Of a stretch of DNA of 64,000 bases, positions 36,398-46,208 are shown piece by piece. The notes under the pieces were generated by a model. That model made no database searches. It was not told the DNA's origin and worked only from the letters and a program-made list of their open reading frames with translations. The stretch spans positions 32,338-96,337 of the forward strand of contig CAZFVH010000003.1 of assembly GCA_964522465.1 (NCBI GenBank), written 5' to 3'. The DNA comes from an uncultured Rubrivivax sp. Lineage in GTDB: Bacteria > Pseudomonadota > Gammaproteobacteria > Burkholderiales > Burkholderiaceae_C. The position numbers and the translations under genes were made by a program. The number at the start of each line of letters is the position of its first letter. The first letter of the stretch is position 1.

Positions 36398-36607
36398 ATG
36401 ACCACGGAAACCGGTATCGTCAAATGGTTCAACGAAGCCAAGGGCTTCGGCTTCATCGCCCCGGACAACGGCGGCAAGGATCTGTTCGCCCACTTCAAGG
36501 AGATCCAGGGCACGGGCTTCAAGAAGCTCGCCGAGAACGATCGCGTCGAATTCGAGGTTGGCCAGGGCCAGAAGGGCCCGATGGCCATGCGCATCCGAGT
36601 GATCTGA
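36398..36607 (+). CDS. cold-shock protein (CspA family)
   Basis: [28 protein letters not shown] carries the RNP1/RNP2 motifs. 69 aa, AGGAG SD. Confidence 0.9.
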   Translation: MTTETGIVKWFNEAKGFGFIAPDNGGKDLFAHFKEIQGTGFKKLAENDRVEFEVGQGQKGPMAMRIRVI

Positions 36608-36693
36608 ATCGCTGAGATCCTGGACCGCGCGGCAGCGTCCACCGCCCCGCGGGTCCGAGCGTGCGAGACGGGCCGGTGACGGCCCGGGGGCCT

Positions 36694-37764
36694 TCAAGGC
36701 ACCAGCGGCTCCACCGTCACCGGCGCGCCACTGCGCGCAGACGCCAGCACCGCCAGCGTCGTCTGCAGCGTGCGCAGACCGTCCAGGCCGCTGCACAACG
36801 GGGTCTCACGACCCTCGGCCACGGCGCGCAGATGGCGCAACTGCTCGTCGTAGGGATTGGCCGTGTGCGGCACGCTGCGCGTGTGCGTCAAGCGCTCGTG
36901 CCAACCGCGCGCGCCGACGTAACGCCACACCGACAGACGCGGCAGCGTCAGCGACCCTTCCGTGCCCATCAGGGTGTGCGAGTCGATGTCCTGGCGCGGG
37001 AAGTGCGCCGCCTCACCGGCAGCCAGATCCCAGTTCCAGGGCGTGGCTGCGGTGTCGGTGGTCAGCAGTGTGGCCAGCGCACCGTTGGCCATGCGCATCA
37101 CCACCGCGGCCGTATCCTCCACCGGAAAACCGCGCACCGCGCTGGACGACTGCGCCTGCACCGACACCACGTCGCCCAGCAGGAAGCGCAGCAGGTCCAC
37201 GTCGTGGATCAGGTTGATCAGCACCGGCCCGCCGCCAGGCTCGCGCCGCCAGGCCACCTGGAAATAGGGGTCGGGCTTGAGCCAGGCGGCCAGCACGTTG
37301 GCCGCCACCGGACGGCCGAGCACGCCGCCGTCGACCAGCCGTCGCGCCTCGCGCGCGATCGGGTTGTGGCGCCGCTGGTGCCCCACCATCACGGGCACCC
37401 CGGCGCGCAGGCCGGCCCGCACGATGTCGAGCCCGGCCTCCAGCGTCTCGGCCACGGGCTTCTCCACCAGGACGGGCACGCCGCGGTCGATGCAGGCCAG
37501 CGCCGCGTCACGGTGCAGCGCATTGGGCGTGGCGACGATCGCCGCAGCGGGCTTGACCGCGTCGAGCAGATCGGCCGCTTCGGCGTACCAGGGCAGCCCG
37601 TGGGCCTGCGCCCACTCGCGCGCGCTATCGGACGGGTCGGCCACGCCGCACACACGCACGTCGGGGTGGGCATCGGCATGCCGGGTGTGGGCGCGGCCGA
37701 TCTGGCCGGCGCCGATCAGGGCCACGGGCAGGCGCGGGGGTAGAGGTGCTGCAGCCAGGGTCAC
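36694..37764 (-). CDS. Gfo/Idh/MocA-family oxidoreductase
   Basis: Rossmann start LPVALIGAGQIGRAH, then VLVEKPVAETL and the dimerisation domain. GTG start at 37764 lies downstream of AAGGA. The longer listed ORF (to 38085) is an Arg-rich extension. Confidence 0.8.
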   Translation of the reverse strand: MTLAAAPLPPRLPVALIGAGQIGRAHTRHADAHPDVRVCGVADPSDSAREWAQAHGLPWYAEAADLLDAVKPAAAIVATPNALHRDAALACIDRGVPVLVEKPVAETLEAGLDIVRAGLRAGVPVMVGHQRRHNPIAREARRLVDGGVLGRPVAANVLAAWLKPDPYFQVAWRREPGGGPVLINLIHDVDLLRFLLGDVVSVQAQSSSAVRGFPVEDTAAVVMRMANGALATLLTTDTAATPWNWDLAAGEAAHFPRQDIDSHTLMGTEGSLTLPRLSVWRYVGARGWHERLTHTRSVPHTANPYDEQLRHLRAVAEGRETPLCSGLDGLRTLQTTLAVLASARSGAPVTVEPLVP

Positions 37765-37847
37765 GGTGTGTCTCGTCCTTGCTCGTCGGGAAGGCGCCAC
37801 TGTAAACGCCACCCGTGGCACCGGGACCGAGGCCGCGACCGCCAACC

Positions 37848-40800
37848 TCAGCCGGCCCGCATCAACTCGAGCAGTTCCTCGGCCCGCCACGTGCCTCCAC
37901 CGCCTGGACGTTCCTCTTCGGCGGCCAGTACGCTGTCGGCGAGCTCGCGCTTGTCCTGGTGCAGGGCGACGATCTTCTCCTCCAGCGTGCCCTGGTGCAC
38001 GAGGCGGTAGACGGTGACGGGACGGGTCTGGCCAATGCGGTGGGCGCGGCCGCTGGCCTGATCCTCGGCGGCGGGGTTCCACCAAGGGTCGGCAATGATC
38101 ACATAGTCGGCCACGGTCAGGTTCAGGCCGAAGCCGCCAGCCTTGAGGCTGATGAGGAACAGGTCGCCGCGCCCGGCCTGGAAAGCCATCACCCGCTCGT
38201 TGCGCGCAGCCGCCGGCGTGCTGCCGTCCAGGTACTGGTAAGCGATGCCGGCGGCGTCCAGCGGCTCGCGCAGCAGCGCGAGGAAGTCGACGAACTGGCT
38301 GAAGACGAGCGCTTTGTGGCCGTTGGCGACGATCTCGGCGGCCAGTTCGGCGAAGGCCAGCACCTTGGCGCCCGTGAGGCCGATCTCCGGCGTGACCAGT
38401 CGCGGGTCGCAGGCGGCGCGGCGCAGACGCATGAGCTGCACCAGCACGTTGAGGTGGCCCTGGCCCGGGCTGCCGCTGTCCAGCGCGCGCTCGGCGTCAC
38501 GCAGCGCCTGTCGCCGCAGGGCCTCGTAGTGGGCGCGCTCGGTGTCATCGCCCTGCACGCGCAATGTCAGCTCGGTGCGCGGCGGCAGGTCGTCCAGCAC
38601 CTGCGCGCGGGTGCGGCGCAGCAGGAAGGGCTCGACCAGCCGGCGCAGCACGCGCTGCGCACCGCGATGGCGGTCGCGCTCGATCGGCACCGCGAAGCGG
38701 GCGTTGAACTGCGCCAGCGTGCCCAGCAGCCCCGGGTTGCACACCCGCATGATCGACCACAGCTCGGCCAGCCGGTTCTCCACCGGCGTGCCCGACAGCG
38801 CGAGGCGGAAGTCCGCACCCAGGTCGAAGGCGGCCTGGCTGCGCTTGGCGGCGGCGTTCTTGATGGCCTGCGCCTCGTCCAGCACCAGCGTGTGCCAGCG
38901 CCGACGGGCGAAGGCAGCGGCGTGGATCTGCTGCAGCTGATAGGAGACGACGACGACCTCGCCCGCGCCGGCGGCGTCGACAACGGCCTCGCGGTCGGCG
39001 GCGGCGGCGAAGTCGTGCACGGTCAGCGCCGGCGCGAAGCGACGCGCCTCGGCCAGCCAGTTGCCCGCCAGCGAGGTCGGCGCCACCACCAGCGCCGCGC
39101 CACCGGGCGCGCGCTGCAGCAGCACGGCCAGTGCCTGCAGCGTCTTGCCCAGGCCCATGTCGTCTGCCAGCACCGCGCCCAGACCGGCCTCGGCCAGCCG
39201 CAGTGCCCACTGATAGCCTTCGAGCTGGTAGGGCCGCAGCGTGGCCTGCAGCGTGCCCGGCAGGGGCGGCGTCCACTGGCGCGCGCGCTCGAGTTGCTGC
39301 AGGCGCTCGCGGAAGGCCTCGTCGGTACGCACCTGCGCGCCTTCCAGGGTCGATTCCAGCCAGCCGGCGGCCAGCGCCGTCACGCGCATCGCCGGGTCCA
39401 CCCCGTCGGCGCCGGCGCGTGCCGGCTCGGCGACGGTGGCCAGGGCCTGCAGCCGCGTGCGCAGCTCTTCGGTCAGCGCCAGGTATCGACCCTGTCCCAG
39501 CGGCACGAAGCGGCTGCGCCCCGAGCCGCTCCAGTCCAGCAACTGGTGCAGGCTGGCCACCAGCGTCTCGTCGACCTGCACCCCGCCCTGCAACTCCAGC
39601 CACGCCTGCCCGGAGGCCACCTGCACCCCAAGCTGGCCGATGCCGGCCGTGTCCACGCGGACCGGCTTGCCCTTGGGCCATTCGAGCGCGGCCACCGCCG
39701 GCAGGCGGTTGAGCGTCTCGATCAGCATCAGCGCCAGTTCCGGGTCGTCGACCGTCCAGGACGCGACGGCGCCGCCCGAGGACGCCCCCAGCATGGGGCA
39801 GGCGTCGAGGACCGCCTCGAGGTGCCCGCGCTCGGCGTCCAGGTCGCGCTGCGCGCCCAGGGTCTCGCCCTTGACCGCGGCCACCAAGCGTGTGCGACCG
39901 ACACCGGGATTCAGGCGCGGGCCGTCCTCGCCCAGCGGCGCGACGATCAGACGCAAGGCGTAGCCGTCACCCTCGGGCTGCAGTTCGGCGCGCAGGCGCG
40001 GGTCGGCCGGCACCTCGCGCCCGGCTGGCGCTTCGTCAGCGTGCACCTGGAAGTGGGTGCCCAGACCTTGCAGCAGCGACTGCAGCGTCGACGCGGCCTC
40101 GCGCGGCAGGGTCAGGCCGGACTTGCCGAGCAACTGCGCGACACGCCGCTGCGCCGGCGTCAGACGGATCAGGCGCGCATGCTGGGGCCCGTCGCGCACG
40201 AGGGTGACGGTCTGGAGCGCCTCGAGCTCGCGCAGCTCCGCGGTGGTCGTCGCCCAGCCGGCAACGAGCGTACCCGACGAGGCCTCGCGCGGCGGCGGTT
40301 GCATCCGCACGCGCAGCTGCGCCCCGTGGTCGACGACCTCGATCTCGGGTGTGCCCTCGGACAACGTCACCGCGGTCTCGGGGTCTTCCTCCCAGGCCAC
40401 CAGCGGGTGGCCGACGAGCGCGACCACGGCGGCCGCCAGGTCCAGCCGCAGCATCCGCTGCGTCATGCCGGTGCGGATGCAGCGCGCGACGGCGGCATCC
40501 CAAGGGGGCAGCTTTTCGGCGCGTGTGAGCTTCGACAACGCCACCTCGCGCTGGCGACCCCAGCCGCGCGCGCCGCGCTTCTGCTCGGCCGGGGTGATGG
40601 CGTGGAGCTGGCCTTCCCGGCCGACGGACAACACCCACCACAGCCGGGTGTCGGTCGCCGCACCGGACGAGGCGCTGCCGGTGGCGGACTCGGCGGGCTG
40701 CACTGCCGCGGCCAGTGCGGCCAGCGCCGTCTGCCAACCCGCCTGCGGCGGCGGCACGAAGAACCAGGTCGGCGGCGCCTGCCCGCCGGCCACCTGCACG

Positions 40801-42203
40801 GCCACGTCGAGCTGTTCGACCAGCCCGGTGAGCCCGCAGGCCACCAGGCGCTCCCGCAGCGCCTGCGCGGCCTGCGCATCCGACTGCTGCTGGACCTCGG
40901 CCTTCTCCGGGTGGCGGGTCGGCTGCCCGGCCGGATCATCGGGTTCGTGCATCCACGCGCGCGACAGCCAGCAGGCGAGGTCCGAAGGGACAACCCGGTA
41001 CGACATGGAGGCGGGGTGGAAGACATCGACCCGACGCGGCTCCTCGCCCAGACGCATGCGCAGCGCAGCGGCCAACGGCCCCCAAGGATCACCCATCGCG
41101 GGCTTGCGGCTGCCACCCTCGGCCAGGCAGAACTTCAGCGCCCGACGCCAGTCGTCGACCGAGCCGGAGGCAATCAGCGCCAGCACATAAGGCAGGGCCA
41201 GCGCGGGAACCAGGCCACTCTTGCGCTGCCCGGTCTGTGCCTTCAGCGCCGCCAGACCCTGCTCGTAGGCCCCACGGGCCGCGAGCCAATCGCCAGCGCG
41301 CGCCGCCTCGGCACCGCGGACGATGTCGCCCAGCGCCGGGGCGACGCCGGACGCACCGGGCAGGGCGGCCAGACGCTGCACCGCACGGTGGGCCCCGGCG
41401 TGATCCCCGGCGAGCACCAGATGATCGATCCAGAGCGTGCACAGCACCGCCGGGCCGATGCGCACCGACTGCAGCAGGTCCACCCCTGGGCCGCGGGGGG
41501 CCGCCGCCGCCCTGACGACCGGGCCGTCGAGCCAGCGTGCCGTCAGGGACGACACCGGCAGCGACGTCATCGGCTCGAACTGCCGGTTGCGCGAGGCCAG
41601 GTCGACGGCCAGCACATGCGCCTGGACCTCGGGGGACAGCCGTTCATACAAGGCTTCGTCCAGCACCGTCAGCAGGCCCACGCGCAGCACGTCGTCCCAA
41701 CTGATGCCCCAACTGCACGCCTGCTTCAGCGCGAGGAAGGTGTCGAGCCCACCGCCGGCCAGAAGAGCCAGCCGCGTGATCGCCACCGCCGGTTCGACAC
41801 CACGGAAATACCAGGCATGGCGCAGCAGCGAGCCCTCCGACAGGCCCTCACGCTGTGCCAGCGCCCGCAACAGCAGGGCGGGCGAGTGACTGTCGAGCAG
41901 GTCCCTCAGAACCCGGGTGACCTGTGTCGGCGCCACCTCCCAGTAGCCCTGGCGTGTGTAGTTCGGTCCGATGCGCTGCTCGACGATCCAGCCCTGCGCC
42001 GCCAGGCTCTCCATTGCCTCGCGCACCTGCTCCTGCGTGTGGCGCGCACCGCCGGCGCGGCGTTGCCCGATGTCGTCCAGCGTCTGCCAGACCCAGCTGC
42101 GCGGACGTCCACCCACCCCCATCGCCAGCACATGCAGCACCGCGCGGGGCAGGGGATCGGGCGAGGTGGCCAGCGTGGCCAGGGCATCGGGCGTGTCGCT
42201 CAT
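37848..42203 (-). CDS. very large SNF2-family ATPase/helicase (1451 aa) with about 900 aa of uncharacterised N-terminal region
   Basis: The C-terminal third has LRPYQLEGYQW, LADDMGLGKT, LVLDEAQAIKN, KALVFSQF and GGFGLNLTVADYVIIADPWWNPAAEDQASGRAHRIGQ. Start at the ATG 42203 (MSDTPDALATLA...). Confidence 0.85.
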   Translation of the reverse strand: MSDTPDALATLATSPDPLPRAVLHVLAMGVGGRPRSWVWQTLDDIGQRRAGGARHTQEQVREAMESLAAQGWIVEQRIGPNYTRQGYWEVAPTQVTRVLRDLLDSHSPALLLRALAQREGLSEGSLLRHAWYFRGVEPAVAITRLALLAGGGLDTFLALKQACSWGISWDDVLRVGLLTVLDEALYERLSPEVQAHVLAVDLASRNRQFEPMTSLPVSSLTARWLDGPVVRAAAAPRGPGVDLLQSVRIGPAVLCTLWIDHLVLAGDHAGAHRAVQRLAALPGASGVAPALGDIVRGAEAARAGDWLAARGAYEQGLAALKAQTGQRKSGLVPALALPYVLALIASGSVDDWRRALKFCLAEGGSRKPAMGDPWGPLAAALRMRLGEEPRRVDVFHPASMSYRVVPSDLACWLSRAWMHEPDDPAGQPTRHPEKAEVQQQSDAQAAQALRERLVACGLTGLVEQLDVAVQVAGGQAPPTWFFVPPPQAGWQTALAALAAAVQPAESATGSASSGAATDTRLWWVLSVGREGQLHAITPAEQKRGARGWGRQREVALSKLTRAEKLPPWDAAVARCIRTGMTQRMLRLDLAAAVVALVGHPLVAWEEDPETAVTLSEGTPEIEVVDHGAQLRVRMQPPPREASSGTLVAGWATTTAELRELEALQTVTLVRDGPQHARLIRLTPAQRRVAQLLGKSGLTLPREAASTLQSLLQGLGTHFQVHADEAPAGREVPADPRLRAELQPEGDGYALRLIVAPLGEDGPRLNPGVGRTRLVAAVKGETLGAQRDLDAERGHLEAVLDACPMLGASSGGAVASWTVDDPELALMLIETLNRLPAVAALEWPKGKPVRVDTAGIGQLGVQVASGQAWLELQGGVQVDETLVASLHQLLDWSGSGRSRFVPLGQGRYLALTEELRTRLQALATVAEPARAGADGVDPAMRVTALAAGWLESTLEGAQVRTDEAFRERLQQLERARQWTPPLPGTLQATLRPYQLEGYQWALRLAEAGLGAVLADDMGLGKTLQALAVLLQRAPGGAALVVAPTSLAGNWLAEARRFAPALTVHDFAAAADREAVVDAAGAGEVVVVSYQLQQIHAAAFARRRWHTLVLDEAQAIKNAAAKRSQAAFDLGADFRLALSGTPVENRLAELWSIMRVCNPGLLGTLAQFNARFAVPIERDRHRGAQRVLRRLVEPFLLRRTRAQVLDDLPPRTELTLRVQGDDTERAHYEALRRQALRDAERALDSGSPGQGHLNVLVQLMRLRRAACDPRLVTPEIGLTGAKVLAFAELAAEIVANGHKALVFSQFVDFLALLREPLDAAGIAYQYLDGSTPAAARNERVMAFQAGRGDLFLISLKAGGFGLNLTVADYVIIADPWWNPAAEDQASGRAHRIGQTRPVTVYRLVHQGTLEEKIVALHQDKRELADSVLAAEEERPGGGGTWRAEELLELMRAG

Positions 42204-42372
42204 CGACGGGAATCCAGGAAGATGCGAACGGTTCTGGGATTGTGGACGCTCCACGAGCCGCAGCGCGGGCCTGGCTGAGGCACACTTGCGACCCAGGCCC
42301 GGCGCGCGCGCCCCGGGCGACGGACCCGGGGCGACCCTGGCGCCCGCCCCTGGACTGCAGACCCCGCCGATC

Positions 42373-42933
42373 ATGCCGCCATCGACCGACACCGCTCCAC
42401 CGCCCGGCGAGGGCGCCTTCGCCAGCGTGCTGCTGCTGCTGTCGGGCTTCCTGCTGTGGTCGGCGCATGGCATCTCGGGGCTCGCCTCCACGGTGTCCGC
42501 CGGGGCCTTCCCCATGGGCGCGGCTGCCGTCATGGTGGTCTGCGCGCTGGTGGTCGTGAGCCGCGCATCGCGGCGCCCCGGCATCGATGCCGACCGCGTC
42601 GGCGGACACCGGGCGACCGAGACCGCACAGCCAGTGCTGCCCATCACCGCGGGCCACCCCGAGACCATCACCACGCCCGCCGGCTGGCGCGGCATCGTAC
42701 CCCCCGTGCTGCTGTGGAACACGCTCGCCTTGGCCGGCTACATGCTCGCGCTCGAGACGGTGGGCTTCCACCTCACCTCGCTGGGGTTCCTGCTGCTGTC
42801 CATGCGGCTGCTGGGCAGCAGGCGCTGGGGTTTGAACGCAGCGGTGGCCATCGGCGCCATCGCGGTGATCCACCTCGTCTTCCAGACCGTGTTCTCGGTC
42901 GTGCTGCCGGGGGGGACGCTGTGGCAGGGCTGA
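42373..42933 (+). CDS. tripartite tricarboxylate transporter TctB-family small membrane protein
   Basis: Four hydrophobic segments directly upstream of tctA. Start at the internal ATG 42373 of the listed ORF. Confidence 0.7.
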   Translation: MPPSTDTAPPPGEGAFASVLLLLSGFLLWSAHGISGLASTVSAGAFPMGAAAVMVVCALVVVSRASRRPGIDADRVGGHRATETAQPVLPITAGHPETITTPAGWRGIVPPVLLWNTLALAGYMLALETVGFHLTSLGFLLLSMRLLGSRRWGLNAAVAIGAIAVIHLVFQTVFSVVLPGGTLWQG

Positions 42934-42982
42934 GCGCCGGGATGTCCGGCACCCTCCTGGTGCGCCACCGCAGCGTCGCCCC

Positions 42983-44494
42983 ATGAACGAGGCACTGCAG
43001 TACTTCTTCATGAGCTGGGTCGATCCCACGCTCGTGCTGCTGGCCGCCGGCGGCACCTTCGCCGGCATCTACATCGGCGCCATCCCGGGGCTGTCGGTGA
43101 CGATGGCGGTGTCGATCCTGATCTCGTTCACCTTCAAGTGGCCGGTCAACGAGGCGTTGGTGCTGATCGCGGGCATCTACCTGGGTGGCGTCTACGGCGG
43201 CTCGCGCACCGCGATCCTGCTGAACATCCCCGGCGCGCCGGCGGCGATTGCCACCGCCCTGGACGGCTACCCGCTGGCCCAGCGCGGCGAGGCCGGCCGC
43301 GCCATCGGGCTGAGCACGGTGATGTCGGTGATCGGCGGCTTCGTCGGCATCGCGGCGCTCGCGGTGGCGGCGCCGGCGGTGTCGTCCTTCGCGCTGCACT
43401 TCGGCCCGCGCGACTACCTGCTGCTCGCGTTGTGGGGCATCCTGCTGGTGGGCAGCCTGTCGGGCGGCTCGCTGGCCAAGGGCATCTTCTGCGGCGCGCT
43501 CGGCGTGCTCATCGCCTCGGTCGGACTGGATCCGCTGACGGCCGAGCAGCGCTTCACCTTCGGCTCGGTGCAGCTCACCGCGGGCATCTCCTACATCGCG
43601 GCGATGATCGGCTTCTTCGGGGTGTCGGAGATCCTCGCGCAGATGCACCGCGCCCACCTGAAGGGCGTGCGCCAGGACGTCTCGAACATCGTGCCATCGT
43701 GGGGCATGGTGCGGCGCCACCTGCCGCTGTCGCTGCGCGCCTCGGGCATCGGCGTGGGCGTGGGCGCGCTGCCCGGGGCCGGCGGGGACATCGCCGCGCT
43801 GATGGCCTACGACCATGCACAGCGCAGCATCAAGCAGCCCAGCCGGCCCTTCGGCCAGGGCGCCTACGAGGGCCTGGTCGCCCCCGAGAGCGCGAACAAC
43901 GCTGCCGTCGGCGGTGCCTATGTGCCGATGCTGACCTTGGGCATCCCGGGCGACGCCGTCACTGCGGTGATCATCGGCGCGCTGTACATCCACGGCCTGA
44001 AACCCGGGCCGATGCTGATGATCGAGACGCCGCACCTGTTCTGGTTCACGGTCGGCTCGCTGGCGCTGGCCAATCTGTTCCTGCTGATCTTCGGGCTGAC
44101 CGGCATCCGCCTGTTCACGCGCGTCGTCGACACGCCCCGGCCGCTGCTGCTGCCCTTGATCCTGGTGCTGTCGGTGGTGGGCGCCTACGCCATCGGCAAC
44201 AGCATCACCGACGTTTACTGGATGCTGGGCTTCGGTGTGTTCGGCTACTTCCTCAAGCTCTACGGTTTCCCGGTGGCCCCGGTGATCCTGGGCATGATCC
44301 TCGGCCCGCTGATGGACCGCAGCTACCGGCAGGCGATGCTGTCGGCGCAGGAGGACGTGCTGACCTTCGCCACGGAGTTCTTCACCTCGCCGCTGTCGGC
44401 CACGCTGCTGGCGGCGCTGGTGTTCACCGTGCTCAGCCAGACGCGCGGGTGGAAGCGCCTGCGAGGTCGCGCCGGGCCGCCGCCGGTGGCATGA
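42983..44494 (+). CDS. tripartite tricarboxylate transporter TctA-family permease
   Basis: 503-aa polytopic protein with GIYIGAIPGLSVTMAVSIL and GALPGAGGDIAA blocks typical of TctA. Confidence 0.9.
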   Translation: MNEALQYFFMSWVDPTLVLLAAGGTFAGIYIGAIPGLSVTMAVSILISFTFKWPVNEALVLIAGIYLGGVYGGSRTAILLNIPGAPAAIATALDGYPLAQRGEAGRAIGLSTVMSVIGGFVGIAALAVAAPAVSSFALHFGPRDYLLLALWGILLVGSLSGGSLAKGIFCGALGVLIASVGLDPLTAEQRFTFGSVQLTAGISYIAAMIGFFGVSEILAQMHRAHLKGVRQDVSNIVPSWGMVRRHLPLSLRASGIGVGVGALPGAGGDIAALMAYDHAQRSIKQPSRPFGQGAYEGLVAPESANNAAVGGAYVPMLTLGIPGDAVTAVIIGALYIHGLKPGPMLMIETPHLFWFTVGSLALANLFLLIFGLTGIRLFTRVVDTPRPLLLPLILVLSVVGAYAIGNSITDVYWMLGFGVFGYFLKLYGFPVAPVILGMILGPLMDRSYRQAMLSAQEDVLTFATEFFTSPLSATLLAALVFTVLSQTRGWKRLRGRAGPPPVA

Positions 44495-44697
44495 GGGAGC
44501 GTGGCCACGGCCCCGGCGCCACCGACCGCGCAAGCCCGCGCGGGCCTTGGCACCTGAGAACCTGACAGGCTCATCCCCATGCCCGCCTTGCACGCCGGAA
44601 TGCTCGGGCGCTGAGTTCCACCGCCCCGCGCGCATCGCCGCCCCCTTGCCGGCCCCTCCACCGGGCCGACCCGACCCACCCGGACCGCCCTCTCGCC

Positions 44698-45303
44698 ATG
44701 CCTGACACCCCGCCCACCGACCTCGCCGGCCCGCAAGCGCTGCGTGCCGCCCGTGATGCGGCACTCTCGCCCTCGGACTACATCCGCAGCCACATCCGCA
44801 CCGTGCCCGACTGGCCCGCTCCGGGAGTGCAGTTCCGCGACATCACGCCGCTGCTGGCCAACCCGCGTGTGTTCCGGGTGCTGATCGACCAGTTCGTGCA
44901 CCGCTATTTCGATGTGCAGCCGGCGGCGATCGCCGGGCTGGACGCGCGCGGCTTCATCATCGGCTCGGTCGTCGCCTACGAGCTCAATGTCGGCTTCGTG
45001 CCCATCCGCAAGAAGGGCAAGCTGCCCTTCACCACGGTGGAGGAGACCTACGAGCTGGAATACGGCAGCGCGACCGTCGAGATGCACACCGACGCCGTGC
45101 GGCCCGGCGACCGCGTCGTGCTGATCGACGACCTGATCGCCACCGGAGGCACGATGATGGCCGGGCGCCGCCTGCTGGAACGCATGGGCGCGACCGTGAT
45201 CGAAGGCGCGGCCATCGTCGACCTGCCCGAGCTCGGCGGCACACAGCGCCTGCGGGAATCCGGGCTGGACGTGTTCACGCTGGTGGCATTCGACGGGCAC
45301 TGA
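44698..45303 (+). CDS. apt: adenine phosphoribosyltransferase
   Basis: [16 protein letters not shown]...[11 protein letters not shown]...[13 protein letters not shown] carries the PRPP motif. Confidence 0.9.
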   Translation: MPDTPPTDLAGPQALRAARDAALSPSDYIRSHIRTVPDWPAPGVQFRDITPLLANPRVFRVLIDQFVHRYFDVQPAAIAGLDARGFIIGSVVAYELNVGFVPIRKKGKLPFTTVEETYELEYGSATVEMHTDAVRPGDRVVLIDDLIATGGTMMAGRRLLERMGATVIEGAAIVDLPELGGTQRLRESGLDVFTLVAFDGH

Positions 45304-45382
45304 AGATCCGGGCCGGGCCGCGATGGCCCCACGCCCCCAGAGACCGAGACACCCCACGCCGCCCGAGCAGGACCCTGTTGCC

Positions 45383-46072
45383 ATGAAGACCCCGACCTCC
45401 CACCTCCTGCGCCTGTTCGTCACCGGCCTGCTGACCGCCCTGCCGCTGGCGGCCACCATTTTCGTGTTCTGGTGGGCCATCAGCCTGCTGCTGACCTGGG
45501 TCGGGCCGGGCAGCGCGTTCGGTTCGGTCCTGCGCATGGTGGGACTCGGCGTGACGGGCCTGGAGTTCGTCGGCTACCTGATCGGGATGGCGCTGGTGGT
45601 GGTGGCCATGATGCTGCTGGGTCTGCTGGTGGAGCGCGCGATTGGCCGCAGCATGGCCCGGGCCGTGGACCGGCTGTTGCGCCGCATCCCGCTGGTGCGC
45701 ACGGTGTGGGACCTGGCGCGGCGCATGGTCGGGCTGCTGCAGCAACGCGACGAGCAGGGTGTGCGTTCCATGACCCCGGTGTGGTGCCATTTCGGCGGGC
45801 CCGGCGGGGCCGCCACGCTGGCGCTGCTGTCCAGCCCGCAGCCGGTAGTGGTCGATGGTCGCGCCTGCCTGGTGGTCATCGTGCCCACCGCGCCCATCCC
45901 GGTGGGCGGCGGCCTGCTGTTCGTCCCGCGGGAGTGGGTCACGCGCGCCGACCTCGGCGCCGAGGCCTTGACCAGCATCTATGTCTCGATGGGCGTGACC
46001 GCGCCACAGTACCTGGGGCTGGCCGACAGGACGGCGCCGCCCGCGACAGCGCCCTCGAAGGGCAATCCGTAG
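45383..46072 (+). CDS. DUF502-family membrane protein
   Basis: LRLFVTGLLTALPLAATIFVFWW followed by a second TM and the conserved IPLVRTVW block. Start at the ATG 45383. Confidence 0.75.
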   Translation: MKTPTSHLLRLFVTGLLTALPLAATIFVFWWAISLLLTWVGPGSAFGSVLRMVGLGVTGLEFVGYLIGMALVVVAMMLLGLLVERAIGRSMARAVDRLLRRIPLVRTVWDLARRMVGLLQQRDEQGVRSMTPVWCHFGGPGGAATLALLSSPQPVVVDGRACLVVIVPTAPIPVGGGLLFVPREWVTRADLGAEALTSIYVSMGVTAPQYLGLADRTAPPATAPSKGNP

Positions 46073-46208
46073 CGCGGCGCGGGGTTTCCCCTCGGTGGCA
46101 GTGCCGGCCCGCGGCGCGAGAATCCGCGCCGCCGCACGGCGCTCCGACACCCGCTCGCCAGGGGCGGACGCCGGCGCAAGATCCCCCGCCTGCCCAGCCG
46201 AGCCCACG

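Noticed and set aside
36608-36693. Possible bidirectional terminator between the convergent csp and oxidoreductase genes (GGGCCG-GTGA-CGGCCC hairpin at 36670-36685)
   Set aside because: The stem is only 6 bp and there is no T-run on either strand, which is too weak to call.
37815-42278. 1487-aa plus-strand ORF
   Set aside because: It is the antisense shadow of the SNF2 gene. The composition is dominated by R/G/A/Q/L with no motifs, which is typical of GC-rich genomes.
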